Made by a program: the position numbers and the translations under genes. Shown one piece after another: positions 41,090 through 51,316 of a stretch of DNA of 64,000 bases. Each line of letters begins with the position of its first letter. Positions within the stretch are counted from its first letter, which is position 1. Origin of the DNA: an uncultured archaeon (GTDB lineage: Archaea > Thermoproteota > Bathyarchaeia > Bathyarchaeales > Bathycorpusculaceae); the NCBI GenBank assembly GCA_963782915.1, contig CAWALK010000012.1, positions 288,001-352,000 on the forward strand, in the 5' to 3' direction. The notes beneath the pieces are model-generated. The model had not been told where the DNA came from. It saw nothing but the letters and a program-made list of their open reading frames with translations, and ran no database searches.

Positions 41090-41299
41090 CAGTATTTTCT
41101 CAGCTACACGCCAAGTTACCTTTTAACTGTTTCGGTTGAAAAACAAGCGCTGCTCCCAAAGCAATACGGCTGAGAAATCTATCGAGAATAAAAAGCCCCA
41201 AATTCAAGAATGTCTAGTGGTACAACACATATTCACAAAAGCCCCAAAATCCACTAAAGTCCAATCTTGGGAAAAAGTGGTAATTAAAAAGGAGTTTTT

Positions 41300-42400
41300 T
41301 TATTTGTAGGTTAAGGTTGAGCAGAGGTCTTCTACAGTGCGGTTAAGCGTTAATTCTGCCATGTTGCGGCTGTAATCCATGATGCGTCTTGTGCTGTCGA
41401 AGATGAGGCGTAGAATGGATACGACGTTGGGGTCGAATTTTTTGCTTGAAATCAGCATCATCAACTCGTTTTCTGTGGCGACGATTGATTCGCGTTTTGA
41501 GATGAGTTTTTCTGCGTCTTTGTAGTCGCGTTTGAAGACTGCTTTGACTGCGTCTTCATATTGCTGCTGGGCTAAGGTGAAGTAGCTGACGAGTTGCGAG
41601 TAGACTTCTTCGTCTAAACGGTTTTTTATGAAGAGTGTTTCGTTGTCGATTAGTTTTTGGAAGGTGCCGATGTGGTTGACGATGTTTATGGCGTTTTCGC
41701 CGATGTTTTCTATGTCGTTGACGGCGATGCGGTAGAGTAGGAATTCTTTGGGTGTGCTGAAGCCGAGTTCGCGGTATAGGTTGCGTTCGATGCCGTATTT
41801 GAGTTGGCGCACTATGTAGAGGCCGAGGCGGTTTACGTCGTTTCGGCAGTGGATGACGTTTTCGAAGAGTTCTGTGGTTGGGTCTTTGAGTGATCCGATG
41901 GCGTCTCGGTTTGCTGCTAAAGCTACGATGGCCATGCGGCGGATGGCTTTTTCGATGCCGAATTCGGAGTGTTTGATTAGGATTTGGAGTGTTATTTCGT
42001 CTGGTGTTTCGTCGATGATTTCTGCTCCGAGGAATTTGTCGCGGACGAAGTTTTTGGTTTCTGTTTTATATTTTTGGATGTCTTGGCCTTTGAAGTGAAT
42101 CCGTATGATGTCGGCGCCGATTGCGTAGAGTGCTCTTATCATGCGCAGGGCTGATTCGGGGCCTTCTTTGGGGTCGACGTTTATGCAGTATTCTTTGGGT
42201 TTGGCGGTGTTGTTTTTGCCTTCTTTTTCCATGATTTTTCGTGGGACTAGGGTTATGGTGTTGTCGGGTTGGATGTTGAACGCGATTTCGCTGCCTCGTT
42301 TTAAGCCGATGTCTTCTACCCATTCTTTGGGGAGTGAGATGATGTATGAGCCTCTGCCTGTGCATTGGACTCTTCGGTATCCAAGGTCTTTTTCTGCCAC
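41300..42400 (-). CDS. phoU: AbrB-PhoU-type regulator
   Basis: RRVQCTGRGSYIISLPKEW AbrB N-terminus followed by PhoU helical repeats; GTG start at 42400 preferred. Confidence 0.88.
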   Translation of the reverse strand: MAEKDLGYRRVQCTGRGSYIISLPKEWVEDIGLKRGSEIAFNIQPDNTITLVPRKIMEKEGKNNTAKPKEYCINVDPKEGPESALRMIRALYAIGADIIRIHFKGQDIQKYKTETKNFVRDKFLGAEIIDETPDEITLQILIKHSEFGIEKAIRRMAIVALAANRDAIGSLKDPTTELFENVIHCRNDVNRLGLYIVRQLKYGIERNLYRELGFSTPKEFLLYRIAVNDIENIGENAINIVNHIGTFQKLIDNETLFIKNRLDEEVYSQLVSYFTLAQQQYEDAVKAVFKRDYKDAEKLISKRESIVATENELMMLISSKKFDPNVVSILRLIFDSTRRIMDYSRNMAELTLNRTVEDLCSTLTYK

Positions 42401-42680
42401 ATTCTTCACCGTGGTAAATGTTTCGTGTATATAGCATTCTTCGTTAACTAGCATATAAATGATTTTCAACAAAGTTATATAGAATACATGCCATTTGGTG
42501 CCATTATCAACCGAATGAAGGATCGAAGATGCCGCAAAACACCTGCAAAATAGTAATCCAAGACCATAACACAACCACTGTAAGTAAGGGTGTTTTCAGC
42601 ACAAAAGATGTTGAACTACACATTCTCATGCTTACCTACAGACCCTAAAAATCCCAAAAAAAGAGAGGGTTGAATTATAG

Positions 42681-43124
42681 ATGAAGAAAATTATTGCTAA
42701 GCAAGAAGCCTGTATCGGCTGCGGACTATGCGAAGTCTACTGCACCACCGCGCATTCAAAGTCCAAAGACATAATCAAAGCCTACAACAGCGAACGCCCC
42801 AAACCCATAAGCCGCGTCCGCCGAGAAGTGCAAAAACCAGTCTCATTCGCCATCCAATGCCGCCACTGCGAAGACGCACCCTGCGTTACCGCCTGCCTAA
42901 CAGGCGCCATGACTAAAGATGCCAAAACAGGCGAAGTTAAACATAACAAAGAAAAATGCATGGGCTGCTGGACCTGCATAATGGTTTGCCCATACGGAGC
43001 CATAAAAATGGACAAAGAAAACAAAGTTGTCGCCAAATGCGACCTCTGCCAAGACTTAGCGGAGCCAGCATGCGTAGCCAACTGCCCCAATCAGGCATTG
43101 GTATTCAAAGAGGTAAAATCCTAA
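42681..43124 (+). CDS. 4Fe-4S dicluster electron-transfer subunit
   Basis: CIGCGLC, CRHCEDAPCVTAC, CMGCWTCIMVCP, KCDLC...C...CP. Confidence 0.92.
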   Translation: MKKIIAKQEACIGCGLCEVYCTTAHSKSKDIIKAYNSERPKPISRVRREVQKPVSFAIQCRHCEDAPCVTACLTGAMTKDAKTGEVKHNKEKCMGCWTCIMVCPYGAIKMDKENKVVAKCDLCQDLAEPACVANCPNQALVFKEVKS

Positions 43125-44404
43125 TGGCAAAGTACGTAATAGTTGGGGCTTCTGCAGCTGGCATCGGCGCAGTTGAAGCCATACGAACCGTTGATCCAGT
43201 CGGATCCATAGCTGTCATTTCGGATGAGGCTTGTCCACATTATAGTCGCCCCATGATTAGCGATTTTGTCAGCGGTAAAGCAGATTTTCATAAGATGAAG
43301 TGCCGAGAAGACGGCTTCTGGAAAGACAAAAGCGTAGAGACCCTTACAGCCCAAAAAGTGATTTCCCTAAACTTAACCGAGAAAGTAGTGATGCTTGAAA
43401 ACGGCGAAAAGGTACCATACGAAAAGCTTCTGCTTGCAACAGGCGGCAAACCCTTCGTCCCCAAAATGGAAGGGCAAGAAAAAGACGGCGTATTCACATT
43501 CACCACCATACAAGACGCACAGCGCTTAACAGCGAAAATCGAAGCCATAAACGCAAAGTCTGCGGTAGTTATCGGGGCAGGCTTGATTGGCTTAAGCGTA
43601 ACCGAAGCCTTGAACAAGCGGGGTTTGAAGGTTACGATGGTTGAGTTGCAAGAAAAAATCCTCAGCTTAATCCTTGACCCCAAAGCTTCCGAACTCGTCG
43701 AAAGCACCGTTCGAGCAGCAGGCGTGGACATCGTAACTGGGCAATCAGTCCAGAAAATCATAGGCAAACAAGATAACGAAAGCATGGTCGGCGGCGTAGT
43801 CTTAACCAAAGGCAACACCGTACCCTGCGACTTAGTCATAGTAGCCATCGGCGTAATCCCCAGAACCGAATTGGTAGCGGGCACAGCCATAAAAACCAAC
43901 AGAGGCATAATAGTAGACAACACAATGCAAACCAACCTCCCAGACGTTTACGCTAGCGGCGACGTAGCAGAAGCCTACGATTTCATCCTAAACCAGAACC
44001 GCCTCCTCCCACTTTGGCCCTTAGCAATCCAAGAAGGCCGAATAGCAGGCCTCAACATGGCAGGACAGAAAACCCTCTACAACGGCGGGACAAACATGAG
44101 CAGCCTAAAATACTTCGGCATCCCCATCGTTTCCATCGGTTTAGCTAACCCCAAAGACGACCCAACGCTTGAAGTGCTCATAAAAGCCGATGTTGAACAC
44201 AAAGTCTACAAAAAAATTGTCCTACGAGGCAACATCATCGTTGGCATGACTTTAGTTGGCTGCATAGAACGCGCCGGCATACTCTTCCACCTCATGAAAA
44301 ACGCAGTAACCGTTAAGAAGTTTAAGGAGCAACTGCTCGCAGACGACTTCGGCTTAGCCACATTGCCGGTTGGTTTGCAGAAGAAAATGAGTGTGATACA
44401 ATAA
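43124..44404 (+). CDS. FAD/NAD(P)-dependent oxidoreductase (NirB/Nox-like)
   Basis: GASAAG, LLLATG, VIGAGLIG, YASGD; ATG at 43124. Confidence 0.9.
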   Translation: MAKYVIVGASAAGIGAVEAIRTVDPVGSIAVISDEACPHYSRPMISDFVSGKADFHKMKCREDGFWKDKSVETLTAQKVISLNLTEKVVMLENGEKVPYEKLLLATGGKPFVPKMEGQEKDGVFTFTTIQDAQRLTAKIEAINAKSAVVIGAGLIGLSVTEALNKRGLKVTMVELQEKILSLILDPKASELVESTVRAAGVDIVTGQSVQKIIGKQDNESMVGGVVLTKGNTVPCDLVIVAIGVIPRTELVAGTAIKTNRGIIVDNTMQTNLPDVYASGDVAEAYDFILNQNRLLPLWPLAIQEGRIAGLNMAGQKTLYNGGTNMSSLKYFGIPIVSIGLANPKDDPTLEVLIKADVEHKVYKKIVLRGNIIVGMTLVGCIERAGILFHLMKNAVTVKKFKEQLLADDFGLATLPVGLQKKMSVIQ

Positions 44405-45522
44405 TGGATCAATTTGACCAGAAAACAATAATCAACCCATACGGCGACGACAAAGACTTCTCAGCCTGCGGCATATTCGCCATGATGAACACCAGCGGAG
44501 CACGCTTCGGCTGCAAAGACCCAGTCAAAGCCATGGTTAACATGCATGACCGAGGCAACGGCTTAGGCGGAGGCTTCGCAGTCTATGGCATCTACCCTGA
44601 ATTCAAAGACTACTACGCATTCCACGTCATGTACCTAAGCAAGGATGCTAAAGAAAGAACTGACCGCATACTAGCATCCCACTTCGACATCATCTACGAC
44701 GAGGAAATGCAGACACGCCCCGCTAACGTACGTGATCCACCCGTGGTTTGGCGCTACTTCGCATCGCCTAAAAAGCGTCGCCCAGCAGGCCAAAGTGAAG
44801 AGGACTACGTGGTAGACGCTATCATGCGCATAAACACTGAGAGCGGTAAAGCGTTCGTGTTCTCAAGCGGCAAAGACATGGGCGTCTTCAAAGGTGTTGG
44901 TTTCCCGGAGGATGTTGCGGATTTCTTCTGTCTCGAAGACTATCAAGGTTACCTATGGTCATGTCACAGTCGTTTCCCAACAAACACACCCGGCTGGTGG
45001 GGCGGAGCACACCCATTCAACATCTTAGATTGGACAGTCGTACACAACGGTGAACTCTCATCCTACGGCATTAACCGTCGCTACCTCGAAATGCACGGTT
45101 ACAAATGCACCATGGTCACAGACACCGAAGTCATCGCCTACGCAGTTGATCTCTTGATGCGGCGCCAACACTTGCCCATAGAGTTACTGGTGAAAGTGTT
45201 TGCTTCACCCCTATGGAACGAAATCGACACTATGGAACCTAAACAAGCCGAATTAATGCGTATGCTGCGCCAAACCTACGGCAGCTTACTCATGAACGGA
45301 CCATTTAGCATAGTAATCGCCCACCACGGTGAAATGATTGGATTAACTGACCGTATCAAGCTGCGTCCAATGGTTGCAGGCCAAAAAGGCGATGTAACCT
45401 ACATTTCCTCAGAAGAAGCAGCTATGCGATTGGTCTCCCCTCAACTGGATCGTTTCTGGTGTCCACGAGGCGGAGAACCCGTAATTGTCCGACTAAAGAA
45501 CCAGAAGAACGGAGGACTCTAA
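44404..45522 (+). CDS. gltB1: Glutamate synthase amidotransferase subunit (class II GATase)
   Basis: A|CGIF Ntn cysteine, RGNGLGGG, HSRFPTNT, HPF, HNGE. Confidence 0.88.
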   Translation: MDQFDQKTIINPYGDDKDFSACGIFAMMNTSGARFGCKDPVKAMVNMHDRGNGLGGGFAVYGIYPEFKDYYAFHVMYLSKDAKERTDRILASHFDIIYDEEMQTRPANVRDPPVVWRYFASPKKRRPAGQSEEDYVVDAIMRINTESGKAFVFSSGKDMGVFKGVGFPEDVADFFCLEDYQGYLWSCHSRFPTNTPGWWGGAHPFNILDWTVVHNGELSSYGINRRYLEMHGYKCTMVTDTEVIAYAVDLLMRRQHLPIELLVKVFASPLWNEIDTMEPKQAELMRMLRQTYGSLLMNGPFSIVIAHHGEMIGLTDRIKLRPMVAGQKGDVTYISSEEAAMRLVSPQLDRFWCPRGGEPVIVRLKNQKNGGL

Positions 45523-45523
45523 C

Positions 45524-47044
45524 ATGACTAACATGAAAAGCTACATTAACCCGGAATATCTCGTCGAACGTGACCCTCGACGTTGCATCCGCTGTAAAGT
45601 ATGCACTAACCAATGCACCTACGACAGCCACTGCTATGACGCCGAAAGCGACACCATAGTCAGCAAGGACGAGAACTGCGTTAACTGTCAACGTTGTGTA
45701 ACTTTCTGTCCCACACACGCTATTACCATACGCAAGAACCCCAACGCAAACCGAGACAACGCCAACTGGACAGTGGAAGCCATCCGCGACCTCAAGCGTC
45801 ATGCGGAAAGCGGCGGCGTACAAATCACCGGTATGGGCAACGATAAACCCGCATTCAGCTACTGGGACCGCTTACTGCTAAACGCCAGCCAAGTCACCAA
45901 CCCATCCATCGACCCTTTACGTGAACCTATGGAAATCCGCACTTACCTCGGCGCAAAACCTGACCGCCTAGAATTCAACTTCAAAGATGACATGCCCGAA
46001 CTCAAAACCAAACTTACCCCCCAGCTCTGCCTTGACACCCCAATCATGTTCTCGGCTATGTCGTATGGCGCCATTAGCTTAAACGTTCATGCGTCATTGG
46101 CGCGTGCAGCATCCGAATGTGGCACATACTTCAACACAGGTGAAGGCGGCTTAGACAAGAGCCTCTATCAATACGGCGACCGCGCCATCGTTCAAGTTGC
46201 GTCAGGCCGCTTCGGAGTACACCCAAGCTACCTAAACGCGGCAGCAGCTGTCGAAATCAAGATTGGTCAAGGTGCAAAACCCGGCATCGGCGGCCATTTA
46301 CCCGGCGAAAAAGTCACCGAGTTAGTCGCGAAAACTCGTATGATTCCGCAAGGCACAGACGCGCTGTCACCCTATCCGCAACACGACATATACTCCATCG
46401 AAGACCTCCGCCAACTAATCTACGCCATCAAAGAAGCCACCAACTACACCAAACCTGTCTCAGTCAAAGTGGCAGCGGTACATAACATCGCAGCCATCGC
46501 AAGCGGCATCGTTCGTGCAGGCGCAGACATAATCGCCATGGACGGCGTTCGCGGTTCAACAGGTGCAGCTCCAAAAGTTATCCGAGATAACGTCGGCATA
46601 CCCATCGAGTTAGCATTAGCCCAGGTGGACCAGCGTCTACGTGACGAAGGCATCCGTAACCAAGCTTCCATCGTTGCTGCAGGCGGCTTCCGAAGCTCAG
46701 CAGACGTCTTCAAAGCCATCGCCTTAGGTGCCGATGCAGTTTACATTGCAACCGGCGCATTGGTCGCTATGGGCTGCACGGTATGTCAGAAATGCTACAC
46801 AGGCAAATGCCCATGGGGCATCGCAACCAGTGACGCCTGGATTGGCAAACGCATTAACCCCGACATCGCTTCACAACGCCTCATCAACCTACTCCACAGC
46901 TGGAGTCATGAAATCAAGGACATGATGGGCGGCATGGGTATCAACGCAATCGAAAGCTTACGCGGCAACCGATTGGCACTGCGAGGAGTCGGCTTAAACG
47001 CGCAAGAGCTTGAGACTTTAGGCGTTAAAATGGCAGGAGCATAA
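45524..47044 (+). CDS. gltB2: Glutamate synthase FMN-binding subunit with N-terminal ferredoxin
   Basis: AMSYGAIS, NTGEGG, QVASGRFG, EIKIGQGAKPGIGGHLPG, C..C..C...CP.G. Confidence 0.93.
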   Translation: MTNMKSYINPEYLVERDPRRCIRCKVCTNQCTYDSHCYDAESDTIVSKDENCVNCQRCVTFCPTHAITIRKNPNANRDNANWTVEAIRDLKRHAESGGVQITGMGNDKPAFSYWDRLLLNASQVTNPSIDPLREPMEIRTYLGAKPDRLEFNFKDDMPELKTKLTPQLCLDTPIMFSAMSYGAISLNVHASLARAASECGTYFNTGEGGLDKSLYQYGDRAIVQVASGRFGVHPSYLNAAAAVEIKIGQGAKPGIGGHLPGEKVTELVAKTRMIPQGTDALSPYPQHDIYSIEDLRQLIYAIKEATNYTKPVSVKVAAVHNIAAIASGIVRAGADIIAMDGVRGSTGAAPKVIRDNVGIPIELALAQVDQRLRDEGIRNQASIVAAGGFRSSADVFKAIALGADAVYIATGALVAMGCTVCQKCYTGKCPWGIATSDAWIGKRINPDIASQRLINLLHSWSHEIKDMMGGMGINAIESLRGNRLALRGVGLNAQELETLGVKMAGA

Positions 47045-47048
47045 GGCA

Positions 47049-47858
47049 ATGCAAGTACCACAACGAGTTAACTCTACAGAAATCGACCCCCAATACCAAA
47101 ACCGAGTAGTTTACCAAGACAAAGTCGTTAAAGTTGACGCTGAAGGCATCTACTACCGAGACCTCAACAGCATCCTGCGTGCACTGGTGCAGAGAGGCGG
47201 CATAGAAAAAATCGAAATCCACAACGTATGCGGACAACGCTACATCGGCACCGACCTAAACACCAACATCATAATAGAAGTCTACGGCACCCCCGGCAAC
47301 GATTTAGCAGCATTCCTAAACGGACCCAAAATCGTCATCCACGGCAACGCACAAGACGCAAGCGGCAACACCATGAACGAAGGCGAAATCGTCGTCCACG
47401 GACACGCAGGCGACTTAACAGGCCACAGCATGCGGGGCGGCAGAATCTTTGTCAAAGACTATGTTGGCTACCGCGTCGGCATCCACATGAAAGAATACGA
47501 GCAGAAAGTACCAACCATTGTCATCGGCGAAACAGCAGGCGACTTCCTAGCCGAGTACATGGCAGGCGGCGTTATTTGCGTCTTGGGCTTGAATCTGAAA
47601 GAGGGTGAAAAATGCATGTCCCGCTTTGTTGCCACTGGAATGCATGGGGGCGTTATGTATGAGCGTGGAGAAATCTTTACTCCAGAAGCAGGCACCAAAG
47701 TCGAACCCGCTGGCAAACGCGACATGAAAACCATCGATAAATTAGTCAATGACTACTGCGGCTACTTTGGCGGCGACGCAAAAGCCATCCTGTCAGCGAA
47801 GTTCTACAAGATATTGCCGCTTTCGAAGCGTCCATACGAGAAGCTCTTCTCACACTAA
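47049..47858 (+). CDS. gltB3: Glutamate synthase GXGXG beta-helix subunit
   Basis: GQRYIG, GTPGNDL, AGDFLAEYMAGG. Confidence 0.88.
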   Translation: MQVPQRVNSTEIDPQYQNRVVYQDKVVKVDAEGIYYRDLNSILRALVQRGGIEKIEIHNVCGQRYIGTDLNTNIIIEVYGTPGNDLAAFLNGPKIVIHGNAQDASGNTMNEGEIVVHGHAGDLTGHSMRGGRIFVKDYVGYRVGIHMKEYEQKVPTIVIGETAGDFLAEYMAGGVICVLGLNLKEGEKCMSRFVATGMHGGVMYERGEIFTPEAGTKVEPAGKRDMKTIDKLVNDYCGYFGGDAKAILSAKFYKILPLSKRPYEKLFSH

Positions 47859-47981
47859 ACCTTTCTTTTTGTTTTCTCTTCTTTTGTGACTGCCAAGCCT
47901 CAATCACATACCAATAAAAGCCGTCTACAGCACATTCTGTATCGAGAGCTAAACCGTCAAAATCAAATTTACTTGAGGTAA

Positions 47982-48260
47982 ATGAAAATGAGTAAACCTA
48001 AACCGAAAAAGGCGCCCCCATACCTCTATGAGGGTCCATCCCCAACCAAAGATGACATGGTTGAAGAAACTGACGATGTCTATGATACCGACCAACGAGA
48101 GGCTATGCTTGACGATGACGAAGTTACCGCTGCCGAAGCAGGCTTCATGGAGGGCCACGAACAGGAACCTCCAAGCAAAAAGGAAACCCGCAAAAACGCA
48201 ATTAGCCACACTGACGAAGTTGCCACCGAGTTAGCGAAGGAAGACGCAGAAGACGACTAA
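47982..48260 (+). CDS. Small acidic hypothetical protein
   Basis: GAGGT RBS; D/E-rich with LDDDEVTAAEAGFMEG. Confidence 0.65.
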   Translation: MKMSKPKPKKAPPYLYEGPSPTKDDMVEETDDVYDTDQREAMLDDDEVTAAEAGFMEGHEQEPPSKKETRKNAISHTDEVATELAKEDAEDD

Positions 48261-48308
48261 ATTTTGGCGCCCTTTGGGGCATTCAACGAAAGTTGAAGCC
48301 TAAGTTAC

Positions 48309-48352
48309 CTCTATAAATAGGGGGAAGGGTACCTCGGCAGAGCAGCAAGAGC
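48309..48352 (+). repeat. Dispersed TATA/G-tract element, copy 4
   Basis: CTCTATAAATAGGGGGAAGGGTACCTCGGCAGAGCAGCAAGAGC. Confidence 0.75.
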
Positions 48353-48550
48353 TTAGTTGTGTCCATATTTATGTTCTGAAAAAGCAGTGACTATGCATTT
48401 GCTGAGGGCATATGGTTCCACTCCGCACTAATGCCAACTAAGCTGCTGCAAGTGCATACCAAAACAGGTTTTACCTAACATTCAGTTATCTTCAACAGCG
48501 CCCTCTCAATGAGTGCAAATCTAAAGTTAGATAAAAACTGCAAACGCACA

Positions 48551-48593
48551 GTCTATAAATAAGGGAGGGGGTACCTTGGCAGAGCAACAAACC
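48551..48593 (+). repeat. Dispersed TATA/G-tract element, copy 5
   Basis: GTCTATAAATAAGGGAGGGGGTACCTTGGCAGAGCAACAAACC. Confidence 0.78.
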
Positions 48594-48922
48594 TATTTTT
48601 TACGAATATTACACTGAACCACTTTAGGACAAACCAAACATTCATCCTGCATACTGCCCGCTGGAGCATTAAGCAACCCGTTGAAGTGGGCGCATTTTGC
48701 GGGTGAATCAAAAACCATCGGGTACTCAGCGGCTCTTACATCCACAACTTTGGATTTCTCGGTTACTATGTTGAGCCGTGACATGCAGTAGGGGCAAGCA
48801 TAATGCGATTGCCTGGGAATAGTTGAGGTGTCGGTAATCACGGTTGGCTTATCAAAGTGCTTTTCGCAGCCCTTGTAGGGGCATCGTAGCTTGTCTTGTG
48901 AACCGTGGTTAAAAAGTTGCAT
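48593..48922 (-). CDS. Small double zinc-finger protein
   Basis: CPYKGC...CPYC and CAH...CLVC....C; GAGAGGT RBS before ATG 48922 (the longer track start overlaps tRNA-Thr). Confidence 0.72.
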   Translation of the reverse strand: MQLFNHGSQDKLRCPYKGCEKHFDKPTVITDTSTIPRQSHYACPYCMSRLNIVTEKSKVVDVRAAEYPMVFDSPAKCAHFNGLLNAPAGSMQDECLVCPKVVQCNIRKK

Positions 48923-49014
48923 ACCTCTCAAGCCTAACATTGCTGTATCGTAAACTTTAATAAACGTATCCAAAAACCGCTGTTTTGTCTGATTTGTGCT
49001 ACAGGTAAACAGAA

Positions 49015-49091
49015 TGGAGCCTCGAGCGGGCTTTGATCCCGCGGCCTGCTGCTTACGAGGCAGCCGCTCTACCAGGCTGAGCCATCGGGGC
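49015..49091 (-). tRNA. tRNA-Thr(CGT), CCA encoded
   Basis: GCTGC-CT-CGT-AA-GCAGC anticodon arm; D arm GCTC/GAGC; T arm GCGGG-ATCAAAG-CCCGC; C4:A69 mismatch. Confidence 0.9.
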
Positions 49092-49164
49092 ACCAATGGC
49101 ATACTCAATGAAAACACCAATTTTTAAATCTTCACAAACCAAACAGTAAGGTTAGTGAACCAGC

Positions 49165-50170
49165 ATGAAAAAAACCGCCAATACGCCTGAGCTTGGGGAA
49201 CATCGTATCATCGAAATCATCCAAAGTCTCCTCACACCCATGCCTAACATAGCGGTGCCCTTTGGCGACGATGTCTCAGCCATAAACCTCAACAGCAAAC
49301 AAGTCGCAGTCCTAAAAACCGATATGCTTGTAGCTAAAACAGACGTTCCCAAACAGATGAGCCTCACCCAAGCAGCCCGCAAAGCAATCGTCATGAACAT
49401 CAGCGACTTCGCATCCAAAGGCGTCCAGCCAACAGCTGCTTGGTTGCACTTGGCTTACCCCGAAGCTTCACAGAAAAAGATGTCCAAGCCATCGCAGAAG
49501 GATTAGATGCCGGTGCCAGGGAATACGGTGCATACGTGGTCGGCGGCGACACCAGTGAAGCCCAAGACCTAATCATCTCAGTCATGCTTTACGGGGTTGC
49601 AGAAAAGTCATCGTTGATGCTGCGAACAGGTGCACAAGCCCGGTGACATTTTGGCAGTCACTGGCCCATTTGGTAAACCCTCTGGCTGGATTACGATTGC
49701 TTCTTAACGATTGCAAAGCCCCTGAAGTCTTAAGGAAAACGCTGCTGGACTCAGTTTTCATGCCCAAAGCACATCTTGCAGAGGGATTGGCGTTGGCTGG
49801 TTGCGGGGCGGTTTCGGCTTCTATGGATTCCAGCGACGGCTTAGCTTGGAGCTTGCATGAGTTGGGGCGATTAAGCAACGTGGGTTTCTTGCTTGAATCA
49901 GTTCCTATCGCACCGGAAGCAACCGAATTTGCAGAACTAAATGGTTTAGATGCTTGCGAATTGGCGCTTTACGGCGGCGAAGAATACGAGTTAGTATTAA
50001 CCATAAAACCGGAATGCTGGGAAGTTGCCCAAGCTGCTGTAAAAGCTGCAGGCGGACAACTAATACGCTTAGGAAAAGCTACAGAAAACAAACAAATCCT
50101 GCTCGAAGCCAACGGCAAAAAAACAGCGATTGAACCACGAGGCTGGGAGCACTTTAAGAGTCACGTTTGA
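49165..50170 (+). CDS. thiL: Thiamine-monophosphate kinase (two frameshifts)
   Basis: GE..II, GDD, NISDFAS.G, VGGDT, MDSSDGL, GGEEYEL, GWEHF. Confidence 0.92.
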
Positions 50171-50774
50171 GCTGCCGATCAAGCGTATAGTTGATTATGT
50201 TTATGCATGACATCGCAAGGTAAGGTGTCTTGCCTAAACTGATTTTTTCGCCAAACCGTAATGCAAAATCTTCCGCTCTCTTTGGTAATCCCACATGGTC
50301 ACCTAAGACAAAGAGGCTGTTTTCTGGAAAAGTTATCTCATTTACGTCTTTACCGCCCTCTTCCAGCACATAGACTTGGTGGGTCTGCGCTTTAGCTTTC
50401 ATGAGCGTTTCAAAGGCTGTTTTGTCTTTGCTTATGCCCGGGTGGGTTTTGCCTGCGAGTGTTTTTCTGAGGATTTGCTGCCACGTTTCCATGTCGGTGC
50501 GTACGTCATAGAGGGTTTCTCCGTTGATTTGAATATGCACTGGCGGGTTCGGTGGACCGTTTAGGATAGCATGGAAGGTTACGTCTCGGCGTATGCCATG
50601 TGAAAGGAATAAACTGGTAACGATGCATTCATGCACAATGTCGAGTCTGCCTGCGTCATGTAGGTTAGTAAAGCTTGAATCGGTTTTTCCCATCCGCGAA
50701 AACAGCACAAATTCTCTTGGCAAAGCATTCACTGCCAATGGGTATGCTTGAGTTACTTTAAAGCCCTTCGCCAC
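50154..50774 (-). CDS. trmY: tRNA (pseudouridine54-N1)-methyltransferase
   Basis: AGRLDIV, LFLSHGIRRD, FVLGDHVG, ISLG (SPOUT fold); true start likely near 50721. Confidence 0.9.
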   Translation of the reverse strand: MAKGFKVTQAYPLAVNALPREFVLFSRMGKTDSSFTNLHDAGRLDIVHECIVTSLFLSHGIRRDVTFHAILNGPPNPPVHIQINGETLYDVRTDMETWQQILRKTLAGKTHPGISKDKTAFETLMKAKAQTHQVYVLEEGGKDVNEITFPENSLFVLGDHVGLPKRAEDFALRFGEKISLGKTPYLAMSCINIINYTLDRQLKRDS

Positions 50775-51166
50775 TACAGCGTACTCAACAGAACCATGAT
50801 ATTGTTTATCACTACTAAGAGCAGGAACACAACTACCCCAATGGAAGCAACTCTCAACGTAACATACGCAGCCTTAAACGACTTATCATGAACATTGCTA
50901 TTGCTCAATAGCGCTTTTTCCGCTAAAACAAAAACAACCCCGACAGAAATTGTCACAGCCAACTTTACAGCCACAAAAGCCGGCAGGTTCGTGTTAACTA
51001 AACCTGCGATTATGGGGTTGAGTTCTTGTGTGCCAAAATATACGGTTCCTATAACCGTGGTTAAGCAATCCATGGGACCCATAAGAATCAGCATTAAACT
51101 AGCCGTATACTTGACAGCAGACAAAAACTGTTCCTCCGCTGAAAAACCAAGCGAACCCACTATCAA
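50774..51166 (-). CDS. DUF5658-like small membrane protein (second paralog)
   Basis: DCLTTVIG..YFG..ELNP..AG motif shared with 2383-2763. Confidence 0.75.
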   Translation of the reverse strand: MIVGSLGFSAEEQFLSAVKYTASLMLILMGPMDCLTTVIGTVYFGTQELNPIIAGLVNTNLPAFVAVKLAVTISVGVVFVLAEKALLSNSNVHDKSFKAAYVTLRVASIGVVVFLLLVVINNIMVLLSTL

Positions 51167-51316
51167 CGAACAGGCACGATAAAGGAAGACGTTCTCTAAA
51201 GGGATTTAGTGGATAACCAAAATTGGATTCGACTTTTCAGCCAATAATACAAACAAATGAGTCTTTTTATATCTTAACTAGGCTGGGTATGCTGCAAAGA
51301 AAAAAGCGCTCTCATC

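Noticed and set aside
48923-49120. Long N-terminal extension of the Zn-finger ORF given in the track
   Set aside because: It overlaps tRNA-Thr; the RBS-supported start is at 48922.
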